From: a bacterium
Lineage (GTDB): Bacteria; Hinthialibacterota; Hinthialibacteria; Hinthialibacterales; Hinthialibacteraceae
Reading direction: 5' to 3'
NCBI GenBank assembly: GCA_963663405.2
Contig: CAXXSM010000041.1
Coordinates: 1-64,000 of the forward strand
DNA: 64,000 nucleotides
A program made the position numbers and the translations under genes. This document shows, in pieces, positions 42,615 through 53,725 of the stretch; position 1 is the stretch's first letter, and every line of letters starts with the position of its first letter. The notes beneath the pieces were generated by a model. The model was not told the DNA's origin. It saw nothing but the letters and a program-made list of their open reading frames with translations, and did no database searches.

Positions 42615-43586
42615 ATGTTCTCAACAAAGTGTATGAAAGAACAACTTCGATTCTTGTGGAATCAAGTCAAAGGTTTCAGACAAGACCAGGCTGTTGATCC
42701 TAACGCTCTGCCAACACAAATTCTGGGCCGGACAAACCGTCCCATCACGATTATGACACTGGGAGGTGGACATTTTCGTGACGCGCTCGTCCAACCCGAA
42801 ACGATTCATGCGATTATCGAACGGGCGTATGAACTTGGCATCCGTAGTTTCGATTCCGCGCCGGAATACGAAGAATCACAGATCTATCTAGGTGAAGCGT
42901 TAAAACCACATCGTAAACATATCTTTATATCCAGCAAAGTGGATAAAGCCAATTACCGGGATGCGCGGATCCAGTTGGAAAACAACTTGAAAGTCCTTCA
43001 AACCGATACATTGGATTTAGCCAGCATCCATTGCTTCGGTTATGAGCCGTTGTACCCCGATGTTGAACAGGCGCTTGGAAAAGATGGAGTCTTGGCGGCG
43101 TTAATCGATGCCAAAGAAGATAAACTCATCCGTCATATCGGCGCTTCCGGTCATATATATCCCGCCCGTTACCGTCATTTATTAGAGAGAGATGAAATCG
43201 ATGTATACATGTGCGCTGTCAATTTTGTCATCCGGTTTATGTATAATTTTGAAGAAAAAGTATTTGAACCCGCCCGGCAAAAGAATTGTGGTTTAATCGC
43301 CATGAAAGTCTTGGGCGGCGCGTCCAATTGGGAAGAAGGAATCGCTCCTCTTTGTGGAGATCACTATGACAATGCGATTCGATACGCGATGGGATTGCCG
43401 GGTGTCAGCACTGTGAATATTGGTGTAAGAAAAATTGAGGAATTGGAATTGGCCGTCGATCGCGTCCGCTCTTATAAACCTCTCTCCGATGAGGAACTGG
43501 AATCCCTTCTCGCATTTGGAAAAAACTGGGCGGAAGAACATATCAGACTCTATAAAGCGGGATTTTATGGAAATCCAATGGCATAG
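42615..43586 (+). CDS. Aldo/keto reductase
   Basis: GIRSFDSAPEY, FISSK, LQTDTLDLASIH, IRHIGASGH, IAMKVLGG. Confidence 0.9.
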   Translation: MFSTKCMKEQLRFLWNQVKGFRQDQAVDPNALPTQILGRTNRPITIMTLGGGHFRDALVQPETIHAIIERAYELGIRSFDSAPEYEESQIYLGEALKPHRKHIFISSKVDKANYRDARIQLENNLKVLQTDTLDLASIHCFGYEPLYPDVEQALGKDGVLAALIDAKEDKLIRHIGASGHIYPARYRHLLERDEIDVYMCAVNFVIRFMYNFEEKVFEPARQKNCGLIAMKVLGGASNWEEGIAPLCGDHYDNAIRYAMGLPGVSTVNIGVRKIEELELAVDRVRSYKPLSDEELESLLAFGKNWAEEHIRLYKAGFYGNPMA

Positions 43587-43632
43587 ATTTCGTTATGTTC
43601 ATAAATAGCTAATTAAAATACAAAGCCTATCC

Positions 43633-45129
43633 TTACGAGAGTTCACGGACGATATCATAAGCCGATGGATTTGTTCGCAACGTCCCAGAAAAATCGCGCT
43701 TGGTTTCGATCGCTTTCTTCACTGCGCCTGAAACGGATGTATCCCCAAGCAGGACTGCCCCCACCATACATCCATCACGAAAAACAAAACGATAATATAT
43801 TCCATCTTGCTCTGAATCCAATGCGAGGTAACTCGCGTCTTCCGGTTCGAACTGTCCGATGCTGAGAAGATCGGCGCCTAAGACTTTAAGCGTATTTGAG
43901 CGTGGAATCCCCCCGAATTCAGCGTGTTGACCGGCCGCGTTCATTCCCACAATGTTCCCTTGTGACTGTGACGCGCTCCAATTGCCGTATAACACACCTC
44001 GATGTTCAGAGACATCCCCAGCGGCCAAAACGTCTGGATGTGAGGTTGTGAGATAATTGTCGACGACGACTCCTTTATTGACTTCGAGTCCAGCCCGGCG
44101 GGCCAAGTGACTATTGGGGCGAACGCCCACCGCAATGATAATGAGGCTGGCTGACAGGGATGTTCCGTCTTCCAATAACACCCCAGCGGCTCGTTCATCA
44201 CCGGGTATCTCTTTTACAAGAGCGTTTCTGCGCAGGTGGATCCCTTTGGCCTCCACATATCTTTGTAGATAGTCTCCGGCTTTTTGATTGAGTTGGCGGG
44301 GTATCAACCATCCGTGACCTTCCAGCAATGTGACATCCGCGCCGCGCTGGACTAAGGCTCCCGCGGTTTCCAAACCCAGCAGTCCTCCACCAATGCAGAC
44401 GCATTGAACGCCAGGCTCTAAAGAACTAAGAATTCGCTTTGCGTCATGCAGAGTACGTAAGACGGTTACTCCTTCCCGGCGTGTTCCTGGAACGGGAGGG
44501 ACGAACGCATGGGAGCCGATTGTCAACGCGAGTTTGTCAAATGAAATTTGGTTGTCATTTCTTAAGCGAACGCTTTTTTCGGGGAGTTGTAGTTCCGCCG
44601 CTTCGGCGCCTAACAGGAGATCGATTTTATGCTCGGAGAACCAATCTCTGGAATAGACGGGCAAAGTCTCTTCGGAGATTTCTCCCGCTAGATAGCGGGT
44701 TAAGTTGAGCCGGTAATAGGGGAGTTCTTCTTCTTTCGCAAGTAGGGTAATCTGCCCTTCGGGCGCATATTTCCGATAGGCCTCAACCGCGGAGAGACCG
44801 GCAATACCGGCGCCAATGACGACCAAATGTTCCTTTGAAGCGGCGCGCCCGGTTGCGGCGCCTTCTTCTTGAATGGGCTCAAAACGATCTTTTAACGCGG
44901 CGCAAACCGGACATTCTGAAGGCGGTTCTGATCCCGTATGAACATACGCGCAATTCAAACAACGCCATTGGGACACTCCCATATCCACTTTAGCTGGAGT
45001 TTCTTCTACATGTGGTTCGAAGTCGGTCGCGCCGGCGCCACAGACAGGACAGTACTCTGGCGGTTCCGGCCCCCTATACACAAAACCGCAAACAGCGCAT
45101 CGCCAACTCCGCTCGTTTTTTTCAATCAT
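43633..45129 (-). CDS. Two rubredoxin-like domains fused to an FAD-dependent NAD(P)H oxidoreductase
   Basis: WRCAVC..CPVC and WRCLNC..CPVC; VIGAGIAG, IGGGLLGLE, AAGD; RBS GGAGGAG before ATG 45129. Confidence 0.9.
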   Translation of the reverse strand: MIEKNERSWRCAVCGFVYRGPEPPEYCPVCGAGATDFEPHVEETPAKVDMGVSQWRCLNCAYVHTGSEPPSECPVCAALKDRFEPIQEEGAATGRAASKEHLVVIGAGIAGLSAVEAYRKYAPEGQITLLAKEEELPYYRLNLTRYLAGEISEETLPVYSRDWFSEHKIDLLLGAEAAELQLPEKSVRLRNDNQISFDKLALTIGSHAFVPPVPGTRREGVTVLRTLHDAKRILSSLEPGVQCVCIGGGLLGLETAGALVQRGADVTLLEGHGWLIPRQLNQKAGDYLQRYVEAKGIHLRRNALVKEIPGDERAAGVLLEDGTSLSASLIIIAVGVRPNSHLARRAGLEVNKGVVVDNYLTTSHPDVLAAGDVSEHRGVLYGNWSASQSQGNIVGMNAAGQHAEFGGIPRSNTLKVLGADLLSIGQFEPEDASYLALDSEQDGIYYRFVFRDGCMVGAVLLGDTSVSGAVKKAIETKRDFSGTLRTNPSAYDIVRELS

Positions 45130-45432
45130 TGGTGTCTCCTCCCCGTTGAATTGAATTCTCGTCGAGAGTACCGCCCTAACTCGAAAGGTCAAGTCATTGT
45201 TGTTGATTATCTCGATGAATCGCAACTCATTCAATCGATAAAAAAATGTGGCGCCCGGGTGGCCAGGGCAAGGTTTTTCATCTGACCTGGCGCTATACCC
45301 GCGTTCAGTATACCAAAATAAGTATGGCGCCCGGTTTTTTAGGCCGGGCGCCGGTCGATCGTTTACATCTTGCATGTGTTCATTAAGCCTAGCCAAATCA
45401 TCTCTAGGCCAGCGCTCAACCCCTGCTGTGTT

Positions 45433-46845
45433 TTAGAGAGCTCGCATGAACGCTACTAAATCTTCTTTCTCACGCTCGCTTAATTGAAGCTCTTGAATGA
45501 GATTAAAGAATTCCACAGTGTCCTCAAGAGTTAAGAGGCGGCCGTCATGCATGTATGGAGGAGAATCCTTGATCCCACGCAGAGGAAATGTCTTGATGGG
45601 ACCATCCGCTGACGCCATCCGCCCATTAATCATGCGGGGCGTAAAGAAGCGTTCGGATTTGAGGTTGTGCATCAGATTGTCCGTGTAATACGGCGCTGGA
45701 TGGCACACACTGCACTTCGCTTTACCGAAGAATAATTCTTCTCCCCGCAGTTCAGATTTCGTTGCTTTCTTGGAATCCAGCCTGCCGTAAATATCGAGTT
45801 TCGGGGCGGGAGGGAAGTCCAATATGGATTGAAATTCAGCCATGAAATGAACCTGGCTTCCACGCTCCAACACATTGACGCCTTTCTTTGTGCCGATAAC
45901 CGGATCTCCATCGAAATAGGCCGCCCGTTGCTCAAATTCAGTGAAATCCTCAATGCTTTTCAATGCCCGCTGTGATCCAAACAACCGTTGAACGTTCACT
46001 CCGCGCAGAGGTGGGATGTCAAGCCGGTGTCTTAAAGCCTGTGGACGGATGTCTCCAACGAGATGTGTAGCTCCATTGGAGTGACCATTGGCATGGCAGT
46101 CGAAGCAGGTTACGCCCCGGCTTGGTCTCTCCGAACGCCGATCCTCAGTTGTATTGAACTGCTGTTGGGGGAACGGTGTCACCAATAATCGCAAGCCCTC
46201 CAACTGTTTTGGATTCAGAATACCGTTGAAGAGCTCGTAGTAATTATCGATCGTTACGAGCTTTCCCTGCGAAACATCACCTAGATCGGTCCGGGTGGTC
46301 AAGTACATTGGCGCCGGAAAATCAGGTAGAAAGTGATCCGGTAAATCGAAGTCCAGATCAAACCGTGTCAGATCCCGGCCTTCCTGTTTCAGGATCTCAT
46401 CGATGTGAAATTGCGGGAAGACCATACCGCCTTCTGGATGATTCGGGTGAGGAAGTGGCATGAAACCAGCGGGAAACACGTCTTGTTCACGAATCTCTTC
46501 TGGACTCATGGATCCCAATTTTTTCCAGGTCATTCCTTCGGGAAGTTTAACTCGGATCCCTTCCTGGACCGCTTTCCCTCCCGACATGGTCACACCTTCA
46601 GCGGGCTGGTCACTTAAATCATACCGTTCTTCCAGCAAATTCATCTGCCGTTTCATAATGTCGGGCTTCGCCGCTTTCATCCGAGCTACGGTGTCCGAAA
46701 AATCTTCGGTAATAACAACCGGTGAGTAGCTGGATGCGCCTCGTTTGGCCATTTCATCGCTTTGAACCAAACCCGCGCCGGCGCATAGCATGAAAACGAT
46801 CGGCCACGCCATAATGAATCGGAATTCCATCCTCTTCCTGTTCAT
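45433..46845 (-). CDS. Secreted di-heme cytochrome c (peroxidase/MauG-like)
   Basis: Signal peptide; CFDCH and CSVCH heme motifs; KTFPLRG..SPPYMHDG. Confidence 0.8.
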   Translation of the reverse strand: MNRKRMEFRFIMAWPIVFMLCAGAGLVQSDEMAKRGASSYSPVVITEDFSDTVARMKAAKPDIMKRQMNLLEERYDLSDQPAEGVTMSGGKAVQEGIRVKLPEGMTWKKLGSMSPEEIREQDVFPAGFMPLPHPNHPEGGMVFPQFHIDEILKQEGRDLTRFDLDFDLPDHFLPDFPAPMYLTTRTDLGDVSQGKLVTIDNYYELFNGILNPKQLEGLRLLVTPFPQQQFNTTEDRRSERPSRGVTCFDCHANGHSNGATHLVGDIRPQALRHRLDIPPLRGVNVQRLFGSQRALKSIEDFTEFEQRAAYFDGDPVIGTKKGVNVLERGSQVHFMAEFQSILDFPPAPKLDIYGRLDSKKATKSELRGEELFFGKAKCSVCHPAPYYTDNLMHNLKSERFFTPRMINGRMASADGPIKTFPLRGIKDSPPYMHDGRLLTLEDTVEFFNLIQELQLSEREKEDLVAFMRAL

Positions 46846-47710
46846 GTTTGTTACCTCCCTTTCAATAGGTATTATGGTACTGGGGTACCATAAATTCTGT
46901 TCAATCCTCTTGGAAAAGCGAATCTGCTTTGTTTCGAACCCAAGTATAATACAACGAGTTACTCTATTGTTGATCAGGATATAAATTGTTTCTTTTAATC
47001 CCTTTGGCGCCTCCTGATTTGTATAAAATTACGATTTAGGAATAATAACGATTTAGGAATTATAGCATATTAATAACCATGATCAATACCCGTTTAGAAG
47101 AAACGTAAATCATTCTGATTCCATATTCAACTATACAGGGATTGTATTAAACGAACTCATGGCAAAGTCAATCTATAAAAGAATTATTGGATTCTGTTTC
47201 CTGCCATTCCTGAAAGAGAGAAGTTCATTCGATATCTATTCAGCAATCAACCGTCGTCTCTTTTCTAAAAAAACGACTCCCGCTTTTGAATAATTTAAGT
47301 GGAGTATATTTGAAAAACTAAAAAAAACCAAGCATTTTTTTATATGAAAACGAGTTCCCGGTACCTTCTCATTCGCAAACACTTCCTCGACTCATTTTCA
47401 TTTGCAGGTTGTGATCTCAATCATGATGGTTTGAATCCGGAAAAAGAAGGAGGAAATTATGCGCTAAGAATATTCTTCTTTGTTTTTCTGGTGTAGAATT
47501 GATTTAATTCGGCGAATATCGGTCATTTTTTCAACGGTATTTTACGATTGGCAATTAAATTTATATGATATTCCGCCCAATCCTTTTTTGGGTTGGAATT
47601 AGTATGGTTGTTAAAATATGGCCAGTATCTAGTTTTGAATCCTAGGGGGAATGTTTTTTTTGAATGGAATAACTTAGAGGGAATGATTGCTTTGAAAAAA
47701 TATAGGATGA

Positions 47711-50700
47711 ATGATTATGGTTTTTAACCGAGTTTTTCGAGAATGGACTTTGTTTGTGGGGTATACTTTATCATTTTGCGCTTTTGGGATCGCCGTTGTC
47801 ACGTTTTATCGTTTGACTCTCGTCTCTTGGGCGGAGGAACTTCTTATCTTAGGTGTGCTCCCTATTTTTCACGCGGCTTTCACATGCCATCGTAGAATTT
47901 ACCTTCCATTGAGTATTGCCATCGCGTTAATATCGGTCTTTTCTGTCTCATATATTGTTTCGAATCCTTCTTCTTCGATTGAAATGGTTACATTCATTGT
48001 CAGCATGGTGATTGTCTCCTCGGAAATGGTTTTCAGATCCATGCGAAAACATCGAGTGTCGCAGAAGGAACTGCGAGAGGCCCGTGAGTTTCTCGAAGCT
48101 GTGGTGTCGCAATCACCTTCGGGGATATTGATTGCCGACGCGCCGGACGTAAAGATCCGTATGGCCAATCCAGCTGTATTTGGGATCCGTGGGGAGACAG
48201 ATCGCCCATTAACAACGATTGAATTAGAACAGCATACTATTAACTGGCGTGTTTTCCGACCTGATGGATCTCCCTATCCCAGCGAAGAATTGCCATTAAC
48301 CCGTGCGGTCCTGCGGGGCGAAACAATACACAATGAGGAAATGACTATCCAGGATGAAACCGGAACCGATCATTGGGTGAGCGCCAACGCCGCGCCGATC
48401 CGGAATGCCGAAGGATGTATTACCGCTGGTATTGTCATCTTCCATGATATTACCGAACGTAAAAAGACAGAGGAAGCCCTAAAAAACAATGAAATGTTGT
48501 ACCGTACATTAATAGAGAACCTTCAGCAAAGTGTTTTCTTTAAGGACGTGAATCTCCAGTTCGTATCGGCTAACCGGAGTTTCTGTAATCTACTTGGTAT
48601 TGATCCCGATACGATCGTTGGGAAAACGGATTATGACTTTTTCCCGAAAGAATTATCGGATAAATACAGGGCGGATGATCGAAAGGTCATAGAAACGGGA
48701 ATGCATTTAGCGCTTACAGAAGAAAACATTACCGGGAATACGAAGCGCTGGGTTGAAGTCGTGAAAACGCCGGTTCAAGATGTCGATGGAACAGCCAAAG
48801 GAGTTCTTGGGATATTCTGGGATATTACAACGCGTAAGCGCGCTGAAGAGGCATTACGTGAAAGCGAGGAAAACCTGCGTACGACACTTAATTCGATTGG
48901 CGATGCAGTGATTGTCACAAACACGCAGGGGGCCATTTTCCGAATGAATCCAGTGGCGGAGAAACTGACGGGTTGGACGATTCAAGAAGCCAAAGGCGAA
49001 TCACTCACAAATGTTTTTCATATTGTTAACGCCAAAACGAGAAACATAGCGGACAATCCAGTGAGTAGGGTGCTTGAAACCGGTAAAAATCGTCGGACTT
49101 GCCAATCATACGATGTTGATCGCGCGGGATGGTGAAGAATATCAGATCGCCGATTCCGCCGCCCCGATCCAGGATAATCACGGTCATGCAACCGGAGTCG
49201 TTCTGGTTTTTCGCGATGTGACTGAAGAGTACCGGATGCAAAATGCGTTGGAAGAAAGGGAGCGTTTTTTACAAAATGTCTTTCAAGCTCTTCAAGACGG
49301 ATTAAGTGTCCTTGATCGCAACCTATTTATCGTTCGTACCAACCGGTGGATGGAAGAAATGTATGCCGATGAAATGCCCTTGATCGGGAAGAAATGTTTC
49401 TCCGCGTACCAGAAACGTGATACGCCATGTCCCTGGTGTCCCACTATCGCAGCCATGAAAACGGGGGAAACACGGAGAGTCGAGGTGCCCTATCCAAATT
49501 TCGTTGAGGTGAAAGGATGGATTGATCTCTCGGCCTTTCCACTTAAAAATGAACGCGGTGAAGTGACGGGAGTGATTGAATACGTAAAAGATGTCTCCGA
49601 GCGCAAGCGAGCTGAAGAAGCCCTTCAAAAAAGCGAACAGATGTACCGCGACGCCATTGAAGTGGCGGGAGCGGTTCCTTATTACCAGAACTACCTCACA
49701 AATACTTATGATTTTGTTGGGGATGGAATTTATGACCTTACAGGATATTCGCCGAAAGAATTTAACTTCGATGTATGGCAATCGCTGGAGCAGGAAATCG
49801 TCTTGTTTGGAGATTTAGTGGGTTGTACACCGGACGAATTAGTTCAACGGGCGAGAAACGGGGACGATATTCATTGGCGCGCGGATTGCCGGATCTTGAC
49901 AAGGAATGGTGAAGAACGGTGGTTGGCGAACGCCGCCATCCAGGTTAATAATGAAGAGGGGCAAGTTATCGGATCACTCGGAATTTTACAAGACATCACC
50001 GACCGCAAGCGTGTCGAAGAGGCGCTCCGCCAAAGTGAAGAACGCTATCGAAATTTCATCGTCAACGCAAGCGAAGGAATCTACCGTATTGATTTTGCAT
50101 CCCCCGTTTCCATCGATCTTCCCGATGAAGAACTGAAAGAAACCATTTCTAGACATGCTGTCATTGGCGAAGTCAATGAGGCGCTGGCAAATATGTATGG
50201 ACTCCATGCTCAGGATATGGTCGGACGTTTGGTGATCGACTTTGCCCCCGACTATGGGGATAGGGCTATCCTGGCTGTTCGAGCGCCGCAGCATCAAGTC
50301 CACGACATCGAAACCCAAGATGTAGATAACGATGGACAACCTATTTTCCTTTTGGAAAGTTATTCCGCATTTATCATTGAGGGAATTCTAACCCGTATCT
50401 GGGGGATGCAAAGGAATATCACAGAAAGGAAACGCTTGGAATTACAATTACGTCAAGCGCAAAAAATGGAGGCGATTGGGCAGCTGGCGGGTGGTGTCGC
50501 CCATGATTTCAATAACATTCTTACCGCCATCATCGGGAATTTGAATCTCGCTGTTATGAGCGCTTCTGGAGAAATTCGACCGTATATTGAACACGCCAAA
50601 ACGGCCTCTGACCGTGCGGCCAGTTTGGTTAAACAGCTACTGGCCTTCAGCCGGAAAACGAGTGTTGACTTGAAACCGGTCAATGTGAACGACATTATCG

Positions 50701-51623
50701 CTGAGGTGTATGAACTCACTCGCTATGCGATTGACCGCCGTATTGATATTGTCGTTCACACTGAAAAAGAATTGCCTAGCGTTCTCGTTGACTCGACGCA
50801 GATTAATTCCGTTTTAATGAATCTTTGTATTAACGCCCGTGACGCCATCGATGATGTGTTGAACGGGAAAGTGGCGCCCGAGCGGCAAGGTGATCATTTT
50901 GTGATTTCGATTGAAACAAAGAGTACCATCGTAAGCAAAGAATATTGTGAAATCTATTCATATGCGAATCCCGGTCGTTATATTGTCATCAGCGTAACGG
51001 ATAATGGATCGGGGATCGATGAAGACACTCAACGTCATGTGTTTGAACCTTTTTATAGCACAAAGGAGGTTGGGCAAGGCGCTGGACTGGGATTGGCGAG
51101 TTCATACGGGATTGTTAAACAGCATGGCGGTTGGATTAATCTATACAGTGAACCGGGGGAAGGAACAACGTTCAAGATTTATCTGCCGGTTGCACAATCC
51201 GAAGCCCCGGAGGAGCCGCCTAAACGGATAGAAAAAAATTTTCATGGCGCGGAGACCATTCTCCTTGTTGACGATGAAGCGATGGTTCGTGATCCGGGGA
51301 AACGGATTCTGGAATCCTATGGCTACACCGTTTTACTCGCTGCCGATGGGAAGGAAGCGCTTGAGATATTTCAAAAAGAGCGGGATCGGATCGACTTAAT
51401 TCTTCTTGATCTATCAATGCCGCTGATGTCTGGGCGGGAAGTGTTAGAGCGGTTGCGCGCAATGCCTTCTCAAGTAAAAGTGATTATCTGCAGTGGATAT
51501 GCGGAGAATGGTCAAAGGGGTTACCTTGGCCGGCTTGGCGCCTTGGATTATGTATCGAAACCATATACGCCCACTGAATTAGCGAGCGCGGTACGAGCCG
51601 CGCTGGATACCTCAAGTCCATAA
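47711..51623 (+). CDS. Membrane-bound multi-PAS hybrid histidine kinase/response regulator (frameshift near 49075)
   Basis: N-terminal TM helices; repeated DITERK PAS ends; GGVAHDFNN H-box; GAGLGL; ILLVDDE..DLSMP receiver. Confidence 0.9.
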
Positions 51624-52084
51624 TCAAGGCAAACAGAATACCTAACATATAACCTTCCTGACACAGAAATGATTTAAAAAATATTGGCAATCGTTTCTTC
51701 CTCGTAATGTGATCTGTTTTATATTGTTATCTTTCTGGTGTCCGGCGGGATATTGGTTTTGGCTAAAATTCCTCTTTTTTATATTTATTTTTTGTTGATG
51801 GGTTTGTCAACTAAAACCACTAGCAGTACTATTATTTCTAATAATCTCAACAACTGAATTGTACAAATATGGACTGGGATATATAATACTATATAAAATA
51901 ATATAACAAAACGGAAAAAATTCGAAGAAAAAGATGTGTTCTCTGTATGTAGTGGTTGAGAATAATTCTATATACAAGATATGCTAAACATCGTCATTTT
52001 CGAACTTTTTCCCACTGTATCATAAGAAAATCTTATTACTTTGTTACCGGTATCTTATACGGTTTTAACAAAGCAGGGATAGCT

Positions 52085-52660
52085 ATGGATAATATTATTC
52101 CTCAAAAAATGTTTTTTACCAAAGGCATTGGATATCATCGAAATAAACTGCAAAGTTTTGAATTAGCTCTACGCGATTGTGGTATTGAAACGTGTAATTT
52201 AGTAAACGTTTCTAGCATTTTTCCGCCGAAATGCAAAATTATATCAAAAAAAGAGGGCTTGAAACATCTGATTCCCGGTCAAATTGTTTTTGTTGTCATG
52301 GCTCGTGAATGCACCAGTGAGCCAAACCGAACCCTAACGGCGGCAATCGGTTTGGCTCAGCCTCATGACAAGGAACAATATGGGTACATCAGCGAGCATC
52401 ATGCGTTTGGTGAAACTTTAAGACAAGCGTCCGATTTTGCGGAAGATTTAGCCGCGACTATGCTAGCGTCCACATTGGGCATAGAAATGGATCCGAATAA
52501 AGCGTGGAATGAACGCAAACAACTCTATATCACCAACGCTAATAGACAGTTTAAAAGCCGCAGCATCGCTCAAACCGCCAAAGGGCATAAAGATGGATTG
52601 TGGACTACTGTTGTCGCTTGCGCCGTTTTTATTCTTGAAAAAGAGAAAATAAACAAATGA
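52085..52660 (+). CDS. pdaD: Pyruvoyl-dependent arginine decarboxylase
   Basis: SFELALRDCGI..NLVNVSSIFPP (Ser-Ser self-cleavage site), YGYISEHH. Confidence 0.9.
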   Translation: MDNIIPQKMFFTKGIGYHRNKLQSFELALRDCGIETCNLVNVSSIFPPKCKIISKKEGLKHLIPGQIVFVVMARECTSEPNRTLTAAIGLAQPHDKEQYGYISEHHAFGETLRQASDFAEDLAATMLASTLGIEMDPNKAWNERKQLYITNANRQFKSRSIAQTAKGHKDGLWTTVVACAVFILEKEKINK

Positions 52661-53725
52661 CTTCCGATTCATTGTACCACCTTGCCCCGGATATTATCCC
52701 AAACAAATTGCCCAAAGGATCGTCTGTTTCTACGGTTGTGGAATATATGGGGCAATTGTCCTTTGAAGCTCGTCACGTGTATCACGGCGCCAAATTGTTC
52801 AAAACAATGGTGGATGAAAATGATACCATTTGGCTGGGAATCGCAGGCGCCGGAATCGCCGGGGGAATGGGCGGCCTTGTCATTTCATTATTGGAAAATG
52901 GGTTTATCGATGTAATATGCTCGACTGGCGCTCAGGTGTATCATGACCTTCATTTTGCGTTTGGATTACCCGTTAAAGCGATTAATCCTGTATGCGACGA
53001 TAATCTTCTTCGTCAACATGGGGATACACGAATCTATGATATTGGTATTCGTGAAAAAGAAACCTTGGAAGCGCAAGATGAAATCATACGCGAATTTGTC
53101 AAGCAGCGATATCAACGTTTAAAAGATAAACATATAGCAAGTTGGGAATTCAACTATGAATTAGGGCAGTGGGTAAATGAAACCGCGCCCTATCCCGATC
53201 GAAGTTTTGTCGCCATTGCCGCTTTGATCGGCGTTCCTATTTTTTGGGATTCGCATGCCAACCATTCGATCACAATGAACCTGGTTCAAACCGATCTGGA
53301 AGGTTTTCCCATTCAATTGCATGCGCAAAAAGATATTTTCGATTCCGCGGCGATAACGTACGGTTCGGAAGGTACAGGCTTTTTTGAATTGGGAGGGGGG
53401 GGGGCCTAAAAATTTCATCCAACAAACCGGCCCTACCCTGAGTCAGATCCTCTCTGTGGATTATCAAGGCGCGGAACGAGGCTTGCAAATCGGAACGGCG
53501 GTGGAACGCGAAGGAAGCTTATCCAGCTGCACATTTGGTGAAGCGGTCACATGGGGAAAATACAAAACGAATGATCCTGTCAAACTCGTACAAATATGGG
53601 GAGAATACAGCCTTATTTTTCCCCTTATCACCGCGTATATTCTCGAACAATCTTCTCCTAAAGATCCAAAAAACATTGTCCAAGAAATTCCCAAATTCAT
53701 CGATAAACTCAATAACGCTTTATGA
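52657..53725 (+). CDS. Deoxyhypusine synthase-like protein (SpeY-type), frameshifted at a G10 run (53395-53404)
   Basis: IDVICSTGAQVYHD, ELGGGG|PKNFIQQ (catalytic Lys region), GSLSSCTFGEAVTWGK. Confidence 0.85.

Noticed and set aside
45130-45396. N-terminal extension of the rubredoxin-reductase ORF in the track
   Set aside because: A strong RBS precedes ATG 45129; the extension crosses hairpin-rich intergenic DNA.
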